A stretch of DNA of 60,411 nucleotides, counting the filler, from Sphacelaria rigidula (taxonomy: Eukaryota), in NCBI GenBank assembly GCA_964200075.2. It is 7 parts of 7 records of this genome, joined end to end, with 100 filler letters (N's around TTAATTAATTAA, not from the genome) between each part and the next. Parts side by side here need not be neighbours in the genome. Positions count along the whole stretch, not along the records: positions 17,291 to 25,835 come from CAXNAA020010828.1; positions 25,936 to 34,479 come from CAXNAA020010829.1; positions 34,580 to 43,123 come from CAXNAA020010830.1; 4 more parts are not named here. One strand, 5' to 3'. The notes under the pieces were generated by a model. It had not been told where the DNA came from and did not search any database. It saw only the letters and a list, made by a program, of their open reading frames with translations. Numbering within the stretch: the first letter of the stretch is position 1; each line of letters begins with the position of its first letter. Positions 24,647-38,300 of the stretch are shown here, one piece after another. The position numbers and the translations under genes are program-made.

Positions 24647-25640
24647 CAAGGGTCGGGCGTATAAAATCGTGAACGCGTCCCGTATATATATTCAATCATT
24701 GGGCGAATTAATCATTCGATTCTTTTACAAATTGTTATTCGTACATGTTTTGGGCTCGTGATTCATGCGGCACTATATGGAACGTGCATATTCTCGCGTA
24801 TCGTTCATGCCGCACACCGTCCAGCGCATATTCTTCCCATCTGTGATTCATATGGAATATCATATAGGTACATGTCTTCACCTCCCATTCTTACGGCATG
24901 AATCATAGGTACAGGTTTCCCACCCTGTGCTTCATGCGGCATGAATCATATGTACGTGTTTCGTGCCCGTCATTCGTGCGGTATGAATCAAGCGTACATG
25001 ATTCCCACATGCCAATTGTACGACGTGAAACACGCATACGTATTTCCCACCTTTGATTCATACGCATGAATCAATGTGGCATTTTTCCTCCCCCTTCCTC
25101 CGTGCGACATGAATCAAAGGCACATTATCCCGGCCAGCATCTCATACACCCGACCCTCTTGATTTTCTGCATATACCACAACTGCCGTTCACGAGGCACA
25201 GCTCCTTGAGATTATCCCCACCATCAATTCGTGCGGCACGACTCAAAACGTATGATGCATGGCGCATGAATGATATGCGGGAAAAATGTACGTATGATTC
25301 GTGTCGTATGGATAAAAGGCGAGAAAAAATGCGTTCGACTCTTGCCATACGAATCACTTGTGGGAAACGTCCGGCACGAAGCACCTGCTTTTCGTCCGAC
25401 AATGTACATATTGCCCATCTGCCATTCATACGACATGGCGATCATGCGTACATATTTCCACTCACGATTCGTGCGGGATGAATTAAGTATACATTTTCCC
25501 CGCTAGTGATTCGTGCAAGAACTATGATTCGTGCATATTCGTACTCTTCGTTTGCGTGATACTACTTGAAGCGTACACATTCCCTATTTGTGATCCGTGC
25601 GATACTACCTCGAATGTGCGATTGTTCCATCCATGATTAG
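24647..25640. repeat. Degenerate ~41-bp tandem array with palindromic core GATTCATGCGGCATGAATC, probably inside a TIR element
   Basis: Roughly 20 diverged units from ~24750, with a short inverted block near 25250-25345. Preceded by CAAGGGTCGGGC, which resembles the CAAGGGTYGGAC TIR. Confidence 0.7.
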
Positions 25641-25682
25641 GCCGGTCGCCCAGGTGGCTCAGTTGGTATCCTCGAACCCTTC

Positions 25683-25835
25683 CACGGTTAGGACGGATCA
25701 TCACGGGTTCGAATAACCAACATCACGATTTCTTTGGTCTGGTTGCCCAAAAGGGAGAAAAACGTTGACTGCTGGTCCAAGGGGGGTATCCACGCAACGT
25801 TTGCGCCATTCCACGTGTCTGGGCTGCGTGTACCT
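25683..25835 (+). mobile_element. 5' part of the CAAGGGTYGGAC-TIR MITE, cut by the contig end; a 3' part occurs at 17291-17359
   Basis: Homologous to the full copy at 46395-46654. Confidence 0.8.
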
Positions 25836-25935
25836 NNNNNNNNNNNNNNNNNNNNNNNNNNNNNNNNNNNNNNNNNNNNTTAATTAATTAANNNNNNNNN
25901 NNNNNNNNNNNNNNNNNNNNNNNNNNNNNNNNNNN
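25836..25935. other. Artificial contig linker
   Basis: N44-TTAATTAATTAA-N44. Confidence 0.99.
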
Positions 25936-26162
25936 TTGAACCTCATTTTTTTTTTCAACCCCATTTTCGAAAATCGGCTGTTGTATCGAGCTTTTTATTC
26001 CGTTCGATTTTCAGTACTGGCACGTCGTACGTGTTCGGTATACGTGACGCAGCTCAATTCATGGAGGACCTACTACGTAAGTATGGTGTAGGACTTTTCA
26101 TGAGCATGCGTCTGTTGCGATACATGCGTGCGTTGGGTTTGAGTACCGCGTGTACTGTTGCA

Positions 26163-26678
26163 GTGTTTGTTTTGGACGAGAGTTGTCGGTCTGTCCAGTA
26201 CTTGGGGATTGGGATTTCAGCAGCAGTTGTAAGTTGTGAAGTTGTTGCAAAATGTGTCAGTCATCCATGCATGTGCGTTTTTTTATTTATTTCAAATTAT
26301 TTTGACGCGCTCGTGTGAATCCATCTGGTCGTCGGTTCGCGTGAGGTTGGGATTCCGGTGTTTTTTAAATCGTTAATATTTTACGGTCACGGTTCTTCAG
26401 CAGTCAACAGACAAATACCGCGTGTAGTGTTTGTTTCGGACGAGAGTTGTCGGTCTGTCCAGTACTTATGGATCGGGATTTCAGCAGCAGTTGTTGTTAG
26501 TTGTTGCAAAATGTGTCAGTCATCCATGCATGCATGTGCATTTTTTTTTGTTCAAATTATTTTGACGCGCTCGTGTGAATCCATCTGGTTCGTCGGTCGG
26601 CGTGAGGTTGGGATTCCGGTGTTTTTTTAATCGTCATTATTTTACGGTCAGCGTTCTTTAGCAGTTAACAGACAAATA
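26163..26678 (+). repeat. Tandem duplication of ~260 bp
   Basis: GTGTTTGTTTYGGACGAGAGTTGTCGG...AACAGACAAATA occurs twice (~26163-26417, ~26427-26678). Confidence 0.85.
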
Positions 26679-26924
26679 ATTCCATAAATATAAAATGAGG
26701 CGCTTGTACGATGAAATAAAGTTCAATCCCAAAACAGTGCTTTCCCCACACTTTCGGCGATGGTGCCCAATGATTTTTTTGTCGGCCTGATGCCCCTCAA
26801 TCGCGTAGATTCTTCTTCAGCACATTTTGCCGACTCTGTGAGCTTACAGCGCTGACCGAAATCGTCGTTTCCCCTGATATCACCCCCCCCTCCCCACTAA
26901 AAAGATCAGGGAAAATGTAAGCAC

Positions 26925-27725
26925 ACGCCAGTGACAGAGGCAAAGAAAAGCACACACGGTATAAAAAATGGCAAAGTCAAACCGAATGATCAAAATCACT
27001 CTCAATCAATCAGTGCTCTACTCTCAATCTCACGAAAACGTCGTTATTTGCTTCACTGGTCGTTGCTTTCTTCCGCCGTGTTTCGTTCGGAGTGCATGTT
27101 ATTCATAAAACTCTGTGTAGACGCAAAATTATCAACATTATTATCAACCGTGTCAATATTTTAATGGCCATGGTCAAAAGTATTACAGACGACAACACTG
27201 TTTTGGTGAGATTGAGAGTAGAGCGTCTATTGAGAGCGGGTTTTGTCATTCGCTCTAACCCTTTGACCGCGACACGGGTATTAATAGTCCAATCTGGATC
27301 ACGCATGGTACTCGTTTCAAATAAAATTGATGCTAAATCAGCAGGTGGTGACCTACCCTCCTCGGGGTCCAGGGGTTAACGTGACCATTTTTTCGTTCTG
27401 TGTGCGCTTTTCGTTGCCTGTATCACTAGCGTGTGCTTACGGCTACACACATCAATATCCTACTCAGGAATATCTCCTACTCTAGGATATCAAGGAAGGG
27501 ATTGAGTGACAAGCTATACTACAGAAAGCGTATCGGGCCTCGTGACGGGTCATTTCGGAACTGAAACGACCAATTAATTATTATTATTCATTTACCACTT
27601 CTCGCTCTCACAATCGGATCCTCTACTCTCACAATCTCACGAAAATATTGTTGACGCGACTCGTATCATGATCGTATATGTTTATATATTTCTTGTACAA
27701 TGATACCGAAGAAAACCCGTGCGCC
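26925..27725. repeat. Dispersed element remnant homologous to ~45420-45780
   Basis: Shared CTACTCTCAATCTCACGAAAA and CATTTCGGAACTGAAACGA blocks in both orientations. Confidence 0.65.
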
Positions 27726-30700
27726 TCACTTTTGTATGCACGACGGCCCCCGCTACTATGATACGACTAATAAATTGCGTCGTGATGATGCGACAAACTT
27801 TGTAATAATGTCTGTGATGATGGAGCTCTTCAGTTTCGGTAAAACCAAGTACACCGTGAGTAACTTGTAGGGATGTATGGTCTTCGTGAAATATACAGAA
27901 AACAAAGACAACCCCGTTACTAAGTAGCATGCAGCCCGGTCCAATAATTAGCCTTTCACGTCCCCATAATATATTAGGTGTACAAATAATATCAAATGCG
28001 GTCATTGTGTGACCCCGGCTGATGCGCCGACATATACCGAAAATTGTACAGACTGGCGTCCAGAATAATAGATGGTGGGATGACACATTTTTTCTACTAC
28101 TACTATACAAAGACAGATTAGCAGTTACTGTACAGTAATCATGTATGATTGACTATGCACATCATCATCAGCCCCCCCGATCACCAGTCAGTCGTCAGGG
28201 TTTGAGAGAGAACAGCGTCAAGACAACAAATCAGTAATAATAATGCCAGAAACTATCCGATGAGGGGTCCAACAGCGCGTCAGGACACAGTTGTTGTATG
28301 CCACCTTGCGAGGTTAGTCTTCTGTTGAATCGGCATCAATTTCAAGTGAAAAAAAGTATGCATGATCCAGAAAGACTAATCTCGCGGTCTAAGGGTTAAG
28401 ACCAACCACCCTGTCTGGTTGAAAATCAACCATGATAGAACTTTTCAGTAATAAAATGATGTACCGAGATATTAGATGACCCGGAAACGCAATATAATAT
28501 CGTATCGTATGGGCCATACCGCATAGATAGGACAACCATCATCATGACCGATGGTCCCTCGTTTTGTAGTGGAGCTCAGTCCCAAACAGCACTGTTCATT
28601 CTACGCAGTACTGGGCTGGACTTTACTCTCGCCGGACCATGCACTGCGTTGTACACATCACGCCAACACACAGGCATACCCTCACTTCTTTTCTCCCCTT
28701 GCGCGATGCCATCAATACCCCAAATTCAAACTTCGGTTTCGTCGAAGAATTTGCGACAGGAAGATCATAAGTTCCTTCCTGCCGCAAGTGGGTAGACACG
28801 AAGATTCGCCTCTAGTTGGGGACCGGAGATCTTGTAACGGTTTTCGTAGATCCTGCGTAACGGTTTTGAAAATTGTTGCAGGACCCCGAATATCAAACGT
28901 TCCAACTCTTTCTTCAGCAGCTTGGGCAGCAAGAGCAATCAAATTCATTACCGATCACACACACTCACACACAGTTCACAACGCGGACCGCCACTCCCCA
29001 TCAGACATCTGCTCACCCTGACCCAAGCGCCTTGCCCAACAACACACGTCGCTGCGGTTGGTGCAACAAGCAACAAGCAACAAGCAACAAGCAACGAGAA
29101 ACAAGACCATCACGTCAACCAATTACTTGCGGCAGCAGCGTTAGCGGAGCGAGTGGCGGCCTCGACTGCACCATCCATCGCAGGACAGCCAAGCCGCGGT
29201 TAGACTGCTAGCACAACGAAGCACTAGCACAAGGCGCCGACAGAGCAGCAGCGTGTGGCGCAACCGTTGCCTCAGCAGTGCTGTTGTCGTGCTGTACCCT
29301 GACCTGTGCTCGGAGGAGGAATCCGGGATTTGAATTGCTGGTGCCCAGTGTCCCAAAAGGTCAGCCGAGTCGTGAGGTAAGCAGCAAGCGTGTTGTTACA
29401 CAGCCTCTGCACGTGTATCACCTTGGACGTATGGCTCGGTGCAACAGATGCTGTAATCTAGGATCCTGCTTCTGCGCATTAACAGTTCACGAGCCCAACC
29501 CACGTGACGTCTCCCATCTCGAGTGCTGCTGCTCTTTTTTTCCATCGCTGAAGTTGGTTTGCAGAGAGCAGAGCTCCACACACGTCGGTGCTCCGTGCCC
29601 TACTGCAATTATTAATGTGTCTTGTGGAAATATTTTCGCCTCTCGTACAGCTGACAGCTCTGAAAGTCGCGGTGAACTCATCAATAATACTGAGGCTGTA
29701 CATGTACATGTGGTACGGGCGTGTGTAGGTGTGTTGTTCCGACCTACAGTACAGAACCGTGCCCGTAGCTGCTTCAGGTATACATACACGTGTGAAGTGT
29801 CTCCTGCCTTGCGATGTCCAGGTGATGGCAAACTCTCTTATGCTTATTCGCCTGAGCGTGCGGGATTTATTTGTAGCAGAGGTAGGCACGAGGGTCTGTT
29901 CTGCTCGTGTATCCAAGGAGCCACGACATTGTGTTTTTAAAAAACCCGTGTGGTCTTGGATTCCCTGATTCTTTCCCTAGCCCATCCTGGCATTCACGCT
30001 TTTATCATTACTGTACATACATGCAGGATACCTTTGTACCCGCTGATGCCGAAGATTCGTGATAGCATCGGCTTTGTGTCTGAGGCCAGGTTGCCTTTTT
30101 TCGCAGTCCATGCAAAGAAGTACCGCCCTGTGGTAATGTGTGTATCCTGCGGCAAAAGTGAAGCAGGTCAGGCAGGTTTGAAACGTGGTCATATTCAGTG
30201 GCGCGCGGCACTCATCGTTGTTACACGTTTTATCGACGATCTTGATGCTGGTGACCTCTCTTGAGGTAACTTGGTCATCACTTCGGCAAAAATCTGAGTT
30301 TTTGCTTCTTTGAGAATTTTTCTCATCTTTATTTTCTTCTTTCTGCGTATGCATTGCTGCGGCCTCCTCAAGGTACTTGATGTGTGGCGTTGCTTCCCCT
30401 GTGGTCGTGCATAGGCATATGCATGTGCCTGGGCTGGCTCCCATGACTGTACGAGCGGGCAGGTCATAGTTGACTTGGCTTTTCAATTCGAATCGCTGCG
30501 ACACACACATGATAGCATAAGTCGGTCACATGATGGAGCGATATTTTCAAATTAACCGCGTGCCCTGCCTGACATGAAAACAGCACGTTTAAACAGGTCG
30601 CACACATAAAATGGATGACGGGGTATACCACCCCTCCAGACTCTCACGGGACAGATTTTGCCAAATCAATTCCACCGAAAATGTCGACGGCGGCGGCGAC

Positions 30701-32066
30701 CCGTCTTGAAATTGCGTCTCCTGACCGAGAACGTCTGAAACATACCTATGACCCAGAATTTATGACCCAGAATTGTCGCAAGTACGGGTCTTATTTTGTC
30801 GGTGAAGCCTGCTCTTTCACTCCTGTATCCTCGTTCTCGAGTAGTGAACAATCAGTACAAACTGATATATTCCATCCTTCGAGTGTGGTGTCCAGCACGT
30901 TTTCGGTATTTAGTACTGCACCGAAATATCTACCATGAGGAGTCTTGCCTCCTTCTGCTCTCCTTTCTCATACTGACTTGTACCAGCGGATATATCACCA
31001 GATCATCACGTACTCAATGGTGAGACGGTAACCTGTGATGATCATTCATGTTGTCAATCTTCTGTCCGATGACGGACCCCATTTTCCGATTATACGAACA
31101 TATTGTTGAGGCATCATTGTTGCGCCGGGTCCACGGCGTGTGTTCATGAACCCCAGATGACGGGTCCCACGGAATGTAGACTGCTCCAGCAGCTTGTACG
31201 AATCATCCTCGCCCTCCTGTGCAACGGATGCCGTGGCATCAACGATTCGGCCTCAAGCCTCATTAGGACGTTTCATTGTTGCGAAAGCAACTGAAACTCG
31301 GCACAACAACGAAGTGCCGCGTGTACACGTACGCTATACATCACCCCCTGTGAAGGCGACGAACTCGTTGCGGTTCACATAGTCAGTAATGATGGCATTA
31401 CACGGGTCGTGTCGAGTCGTGCAGCGCGGCATCTAGTACTGTACTGTGCATCGTGAAGCACCCTGGACCCGAGATCGCCCCTGCTCCCATCACAAATTCA
31501 GACCGTGAGTTTTGAAGCTCCGAGGACTACTCCGTTCTGAAGTGGTCCAGATACTGTCGGTCCAGACACTGTTGTTTCCAAAGGGAAAAACTGCTCGAGG
31601 TGCGGTCCTCCAGAGTGTATACGGTCGCGGTACGTAACGATGCAGATATTCAGATCTTACGAGAGATGAGATACGCACGTTACCACATACCAAACTGATC
31701 GCGGATCCCCGTCCCGCTCTGATGCTGCGGTCACCTCTGCGTTGCATCAGAAACTCGGGCCGAGCCTGATTATCAGTTTCTCATGTTCGGGTCGCTTCGT
31801 ATGTATGCACTAAACACGAGTTGACTATGTCTGCACTTCCCTTCGCGTAAGTCAGGCCGTGTCTAGTGTCTACAGTTTTGCTCCGGTCGTTTCATTTTCG
31901 GTTTGTTTTTCATGCCAGCAATTCCGAACGCTTCGTTGGAGACGCGATACGGATATCACTTGGAGAGATTATATCCTGTCTTCCGTTTTCATTCTCCTCA
32001 ATATTCCTTCCGTTTGTTTTTGGTTGCCGTTTCGTCTTGTTCCGGTTCAGACGACCTCTTTGAAAG

Positions 32067-33694
32067 ATGCCTCAAGGCGGGATATTATTCGCTGCGCTCA
32101 TTTTGATCTTTGCTGGGTTGCTCACTTGGGGAATAGTGGAGCTCGCGCAGCACGAAGCTAACAACAATGACAGTGACGACAGCAGCGCCGACACCACTCT
32201 CCCTGATGCAGACAGTGACCTCCAGGTGGGCTCGTCTGTCGACGTCAGACAAGGACGGGACACCCGACATACTAGTCAATGATGTAAAGTATCTCAAGCT
32301 CGAAATAGGCACGGCCCAAGTTGGGATTTTCCTCGCGTACAATCCTTCGATAGAATTCGAATTTTGTTGCGTCGAAAGATTCTGGTGAAGAACACAGTTT
32401 TTTCGTTGCAGTTCGGAGCAAAAATATATTTGTTTCATTACCGTCGCAAAGTTTTTTTTCCCTGGCGTACAGTCCATCTGGGATTTCCTTTCCATTGCGT
32501 TCCATCCGTTGTGTGTGTTGTCATCATTTTTTGTCTTGCCCTGAGTGCCCAACTTAGTGCTCGTCGCGGTTATCGAAGGATACGAGTGGATCAGCCATTT
32601 ATCAGGAGGGTGTTGATTGACCGTAAGGCACATTTATTCGTCTCTAGTGCGAAGAGTAGGTGATATAAAAAATAGGCTATTTATTTCTTCCAAGAGTACG
32701 ATCAGGACAGGCTCGATCAACCGCAAGTACCGAAAAGCCAGAATCCGCGTTTTTTTGTAACTCACTTGGATACTCTTCTCGTTTATTTTTATTTTTTACA
32801 GGCTGCCCTGAATGAAGCGAGTCCCGGAGACTACATCAACATTCCTAGCGGCACGCACTACATCAGCCTTACCACCGCGGTAAGACAACTTGGGGATTTG
32901 GAAGAAACACTTGAATTCTGTCACTTCACGATTGCAGGGTGACGATGTAGTAACACGATTGCAGGGTGACGATGTAGTAACACGATTGCAGGGTGACGAT
33001 GTAGTAACACGATTGCAGGGTGACGATGAGTAATTGCACCGTGTGTTGAGTGTCGCCATAAAGAACAGGTTTTATTGGTACGGTTGGGTTGATGTGCACC
33101 GATTCGGGCAGTCAGCCGCCTCTCGTGCAGTTTTGATATTGATCGTAAGCTCGATATTCAAAGCGGGCGCAGTCGGTAAGGGATGAGGTGGAACAACGAT
33201 CGTTTACATTCTCAGCTGAGGGATGGGCAAGACGAGATGAAACAACGGGAAAAGGACGACGGGAGGGTGCAGGTGACGAAAAAGGTGGTGCTGTCCCGAG
33301 GAAGACATGATTGTTGACGTTGGAGGGAGTATGGAGAGTACCTGGAACAAGACAACTACTCTCACTCACTACTGGTACAGGGAATTATAGCTGGAACATG
33401 AGAACCAACAATGCTACGATGTCTGAAGACGATTCTAGATATATATATATATATCTAGATACATATATATATAATATGCTCCCTTCCCAGCTTGTCCTCC
33501 CGTGGCTTACTATTCATTTCGTCCATCGACCGATGGCCATGCGTGTCTGTTGGCTGCGGCAGGTGGATGGCACAGCGGATAATCCGATCACGATCCGCGG
33601 AGCCCCCGGAACGGACAGGGAGGATGTGATCTTGAAAGGAGATGACGATGAAGTCAGGGTGTTGGAGATCTTCCACAGTCACTACGTCATCGAG
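32067..33694 (+). CDS. Membrane-anchored or secreted right-handed beta-helix (pectin-lyase-fold) protein, 3' partial
   Basis: Phase-0 exons 32067-32225 (start uncertain), 32802-32879 and 33563-33694. A hydrophobic N-terminal segment is followed by DLQ|AALNEASPGDYINIPSGTH...|VDGTADNPITIRG...VILKG, the typical N-cap of beta-helix polysaccharide enzymes. Confidence 0.8.
32927..33027 (+). repeat. 27-bp minisatellite, ~3.8 copies
   Basis: CACGATTGCAGGGTGACGATGTAGTAA repeated, intronic. Confidence 0.95.
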
Positions 33695-34479
33695 GTATTG
33701 TCTCTTTTCCGTTTTTGCGGAGTTCCCGAGGGCATCACGACCGTTGAACCCTCAGACCGCCGGGGCGGGTTTCCATCTGGTCCCTACGTTCACTTTCCAG
33801 AGTGCAAAACAACCACTGCGAAGTTCGTTCCAACTTGGCGGGAAGGACTTGGTCATCCGTTGGCTACGGTTTCGACCATTGCGTCGTCAGGGCTGTAGGT
33901 GCACGATTTCCGAGTATCCCGTATTCCTTGTTTGCCACGGATGCAGGGCAGCTGTGGAGCACGACGCCTACCGTGTCGATTTTTTTCTTTTCTGAAAATA
34001 TCCCGAGATCCACGCTGCATCAATCACACATCCACTCCTGCCCCCCACCTGTTGAATCAAATTCGGTAACATTCTGGAGATATTGAGATGATATACTCGA
34101 TGATGCATGACGTGAATATTCTTGCGTTCCTCGTCCGTCATCCTGATACTGCAGAACACATCTTGCGCGGTCTGCCCTCGACACGACCACGTACGCTATT
34201 TTGCCTCCTGATCTTTTCTCGTTCAACATCGCGAGATTGCCCAAATTTCCGCCCGACATGAATCGACTGACGGACCAAATCACCAAAACACTCGAGTTTT
34301 TTTTTCTCCCCTTCAGGTATTGATTCATATCTCGTTTCCCCCCGCCGTTTCTCGTGTCGCGCTAAATATATCATGTCCCCCCCCCCCCCCCCCCCCCCCC
34401 CCCACCCCGCGGCGGGGAGGGGCGGGGGGGGGGGGGGGGAAGAAGGAGGAGACTAAGCTTATGTGGGAGCGGGGGGGGG

Positions 34480-34579
34480 NNNNNNNNNNNNNNNNNNNNN
34501 NNNNNNNNNNNNNNNNNNNNNNNTTAATTAATTAANNNNNNNNNNNNNNNNNNNNNNNNNNNNNNNNNNNNNNNNNNNN
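34480..34579. other. Artificial contig linker
   Basis: N44-TTAATTAATTAA-N44. Confidence 0.99.
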
Positions 34580-34642
34580 GTGCGTGGTCAACGGTCAAAC
34601 GACTAAGGCAAGCAACAAATGAGTACGCCCCCCCCTCCCCCC

Positions 34643-34868
34643 CCAGAATCTATTGCGGTACACAGTTTTCGTCGATGGCGAGTGATTTTCATCTATTGTA
34701 ATTGCCATAGGCTATCGATTGACTATTGCAACGTCTATTGTCCCTTGGAATACATATCAATAGATGTGTTTCACCATCTATCGTGTTCGACAATATATAT
34801 CGGTAGGTTCTCCCCCGTGTCTATTGCTGAAGCAATGGACTATTAGTGTGTCCATTGTCCAGAGCGTG
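34643..34868 (+). mobile_element. Right-end fragment of the CACACCCTGGAC-TIR element
   Basis: Ends in CCATTGTCCAGAGCGTG and is homologous to the right ends of 12022-14242 and 46365-48919. Confidence 0.75.
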
Positions 34869-35222
34869 GTTTGGTTGCCGTGAGTTGGTTCCGTACGCGA
34901 TTTCTGTTTTAGACCCGCTTGTGCTCAACCCGAACCGTCTCACGCGACGCATTAGCATTTGTTCCAATATAAAGTAAGGATAACCCTAATCATGGGCGAG
35001 TTTTTGTCAGCTGTACTCGTCACTGCTTCGTTTTATCTGGTCTGTTGGGTGAGATTTTGCTGTTGTTGTTTCGTACTGCTGTGGTCCGCTGTGCTACCAC
35101 GTAGTACTGATTTCCTCCGCTCTCTTCTCTTTCGTCGTTCTGTTCTGAAACATTCCGTTCTGTTGGACATTGTCCTACTTGTTTCGTGTTTTTTTTTTTC
35201 GTGTGCTCGACCTCCGTTCTAG

Positions 35223-35367
35223 GATTGGTCGGTCAGGACGATTCGGGCGGAAGGGTGTGGCGATCAACTTCGTCAAATCCGACGATGTTCGCATCCTTCG
35301 TGATATCGAGCAGTATTACTCCACGCAGATCGACGAGATGCCCATGAACATCACCGATATGTTGTAG
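35223..35367 (+). CDS. EIF4A3: Eukaryotic initiation factor 4A-III (EJC DEAD-box helicase), last exon
   Basis: After a polypyrimidine-TAG acceptor: (R)[47 protein letters not shown]. This is motif VI plus the eIF4A-III-type tail. Confidence 0.93.
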
Positions 35368-38300
35368 ATATTCCAAATTGTCTTCCATATGGGTTTCGCC
35401 ACCCGCGCAAAACAAGGATTGGGCCAAGTGCTGTTCTTGAAAAAACGACAACACGGCAGGCACACGCTTCCGTGGCTATGTGTCGCTTGTTTTTTCAGAG
35501 CTGTTGGGGTCATGGTGCGTGAAGTTGCCTGCAAGGCGTGTGATCGCGATGGTATCTTTTTATCTGGCTGATATTTTCGAGGAGACACGGCAGGAGTTGC
35601 GCGATACTTTTTTTTGGTATGTCACACGGGTTGCATGGCGTTCTACACCTTTTGTGAGGTGTAACGCGCAGGGAGTTCTGCCCCCTGGTGGGCTCGTTTG
35701 CTGCGAAGACCAGGCAGAGGACATCAACCGTGTTCGAAACTGTTATTTCCGGCGTAGGCGATAATTTCACTGGTGAGGATCGAATCTCTCTGCCCTCAGT
35801 ATGGGGTCGCCCTCATTGATCGCTGTTTGTTTTTCGGCGTTCGTTGGGAATGAGCAATAGCCTTATCACCTTTGCAGGATAGTACAGACAGTGTACATGC
35901 CCCTCCTGTACTTGTGAACACGACCCATTCTGATCGATATTTTCTTTTTGTATCGTTTCCTGGCGCTGTCCTTGCGAGTGAGGTTTTTGGATAATTTTTG
36001 CAGTTGGTGCCACAGCCGGTACGGCTACAGGGTTGCATTTGTGGACAATTTCGTGAGAATTCGGTAGTACATGCGGCAACGGATGCATATGTTGAACTTT
36101 GAGCATCCAATGGTCAGGGCGGGGTGATGGAATCGGGCAAGATAGCGGCAACGACAGCGCAACGATGTTTTGTTCCACAAGTGAAGAAATATAATCAATT
36201 AGAGTACGCGAAAAATATGCAACTCGTACAGGGAACGGGTGTCGATAGCCTGTCAGTGTAGTACCTGTTGGATTGCTTCGTTCATGTGCCACGTTGGCAT
36301 TTGGTGTCGTGAGTTTGCGTGACCACTCCAACAAGGTCGCCTTTTCGCGATAATGATTATGGTGTAGTTTCATCTTTGTTCCCATTGAATTCTCGAATCC
36401 TGTACAAATACAACCTCCGTTTCAGCCGGCCGTACCACACTACGATGTACGTGAATACCTGGCTATCGCGCCATCGCCACTTAGCTCTATTCCGCATTTT
36501 TAACAACAACAACGCTGTTATTACCCCCAGACTGTGAATCCGCCGAACAAAAAAAAAACGGACTACCTGTTTGGTCGCATCTCCCGTTGTACTCTGAAGA
36601 GAAATACTCTTCGGTGAAACGAGGTGCGGGCAGGATTATTTTCTTAAAAACTGTTTCGTCTACGAATCAGTTTCTGAAGTCATCGCGGGAACTGTGGAGA
36701 GAGTTCCGCGGATTTCTGCACCGAGGTGATAAGGGTGCCCGCCTGCGTAATCTTGCTGTCTGTTACTGTGCAAGACATCGGCCGACTCCCTGCCTGTTGC
36801 TGTGTACTATTGTTGTTTGAATTGTACTGGGCGGTTCCGTTCTTATCCTCTGTGTGGGATTGTACGGCGTGTGCCGCACAGACAACATCGACTATCTGTT
36901 TCGCGCGTACATTGAGACCCCGTCAACTGTCCAACACTTTTTTTTTCGTATGTTGAAGTTCGCCTGGTTCCTAAATATTGCATCATCATCTTCAACATCG
37001 TTTCGGTGTGTTTGTCTATGCAGCCTGTTGTGTTGTCGACGTTTTGTGACGAGATGTGTCCACATGCTGCTGCTGCTGTAAAGCAGTAAGATATAAACAA
37101 GTGGATATCGTGCTAGCTATGATGGGGTGCAGATGATGCAGGAAGGCCCCAAGTGTAATGTTGTCCTTCTTGTTGTGCATAGATGAGCTTCTTTTGTTGT
37201 GCGGGCCTGTTTGCTGTGATGACGTGGCAGTCGAAATTTGAAAAGAACAAGGTGAAAAATGATAAAACAAAATGGGGCGTCTTCGCAAAACAAAGTGTGG
37301 AGACGCAAAACACGAAACCTGACTACGTTAATTATCACCCTCTGAAATCGACAATGGCACACATATTGACCCGAATGGATCTTGCTACGGGCCAATGGAC
37401 AATTTTTCGTCATTCATGCAGAAGAGGAGCTAAAACAATGCCGGAATGACATAGAGGAAGAGTTTCATCCTAGGCTGTACAGCGATGATGCCAAGAGCTG
37501 CAGCCCCTCACCGGTCACGTTTTCCAACACCAGTAAAGGGTGTTATTCATCGTCATATCGACTGCACATTGCGGCCTAACCTAAACGTATTTCTTCGACG
37601 GTTTCAACAACGAGAATGACGATGTATAACACCCTCAGTACGAGTTTCGCACGCCCGATCTTCTCATGAAAACTGGACGTGAATCTATGAATACTATGAT
37701 CATTGAAATAAAAATGATGAGAACATTTGATTGATATGACTTTAAGTGGCTCCATCACAACCAACTTCGAGATAATCTACATTAGAATGTATTTACTGTA
37801 CTCTGTATATAGAGGGTGTTATACAACGTAATATGTAACTGTTGTAATGAAACTGTTTTGTTTTGGTTTGCAGCTCGTCGGCGCTAATCTTGCTTGATAA
37901 CTGTTGTGACCCTGTCCCGACACAACCGCTGCACCTCTCTCTCTCTATCTCTCCCTTGTTACAAGCAGCCACCAACGGATACAAACTGAGATCTTCACCT
38001 AGTCTACGGAACACAAGAAAGCGAAGATGCCAACCTATATGGAGGTGAGCATCCGTGCACCCATAGGCAGTCCCAGTTTTCATCACCGCTGGATTTGGGT
38101 CGCGTAAAAAATGAATCTGGGCAGTGTATTACACACCCTTTCTGTTGTGCTCAGGAATTTGCAACATCCATGAGGTGGACATTTTTCAAAGGTTGCTGCC
38201 CGTCTAGTTACGCCAATTCGCAACTGAATCGTAAACCACTTGCGGCATGGTATACTCGGACGTGATATATACATGAGGTGTCCTGTTTCTCATCTTGCTG

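Noticed and set aside
24750..25640. CRISPR array
   Set aside because: The repeats are highly degenerate, the 'spacers' resemble each other, there are no cas genes and the context is eukaryotic.
25643..25715. tRNA gene or SINE head (A-box plus GGTTCGAAT)
   Set aside because: No cloverleaf forms, and the B-box-like motif lies inside a separate MITE starting at 25683.
36540..37580. Possible extra gene between eIF4A-III and H1
   Set aside because: There are some splice-like sites but no consistent exon chain or recognisable product.
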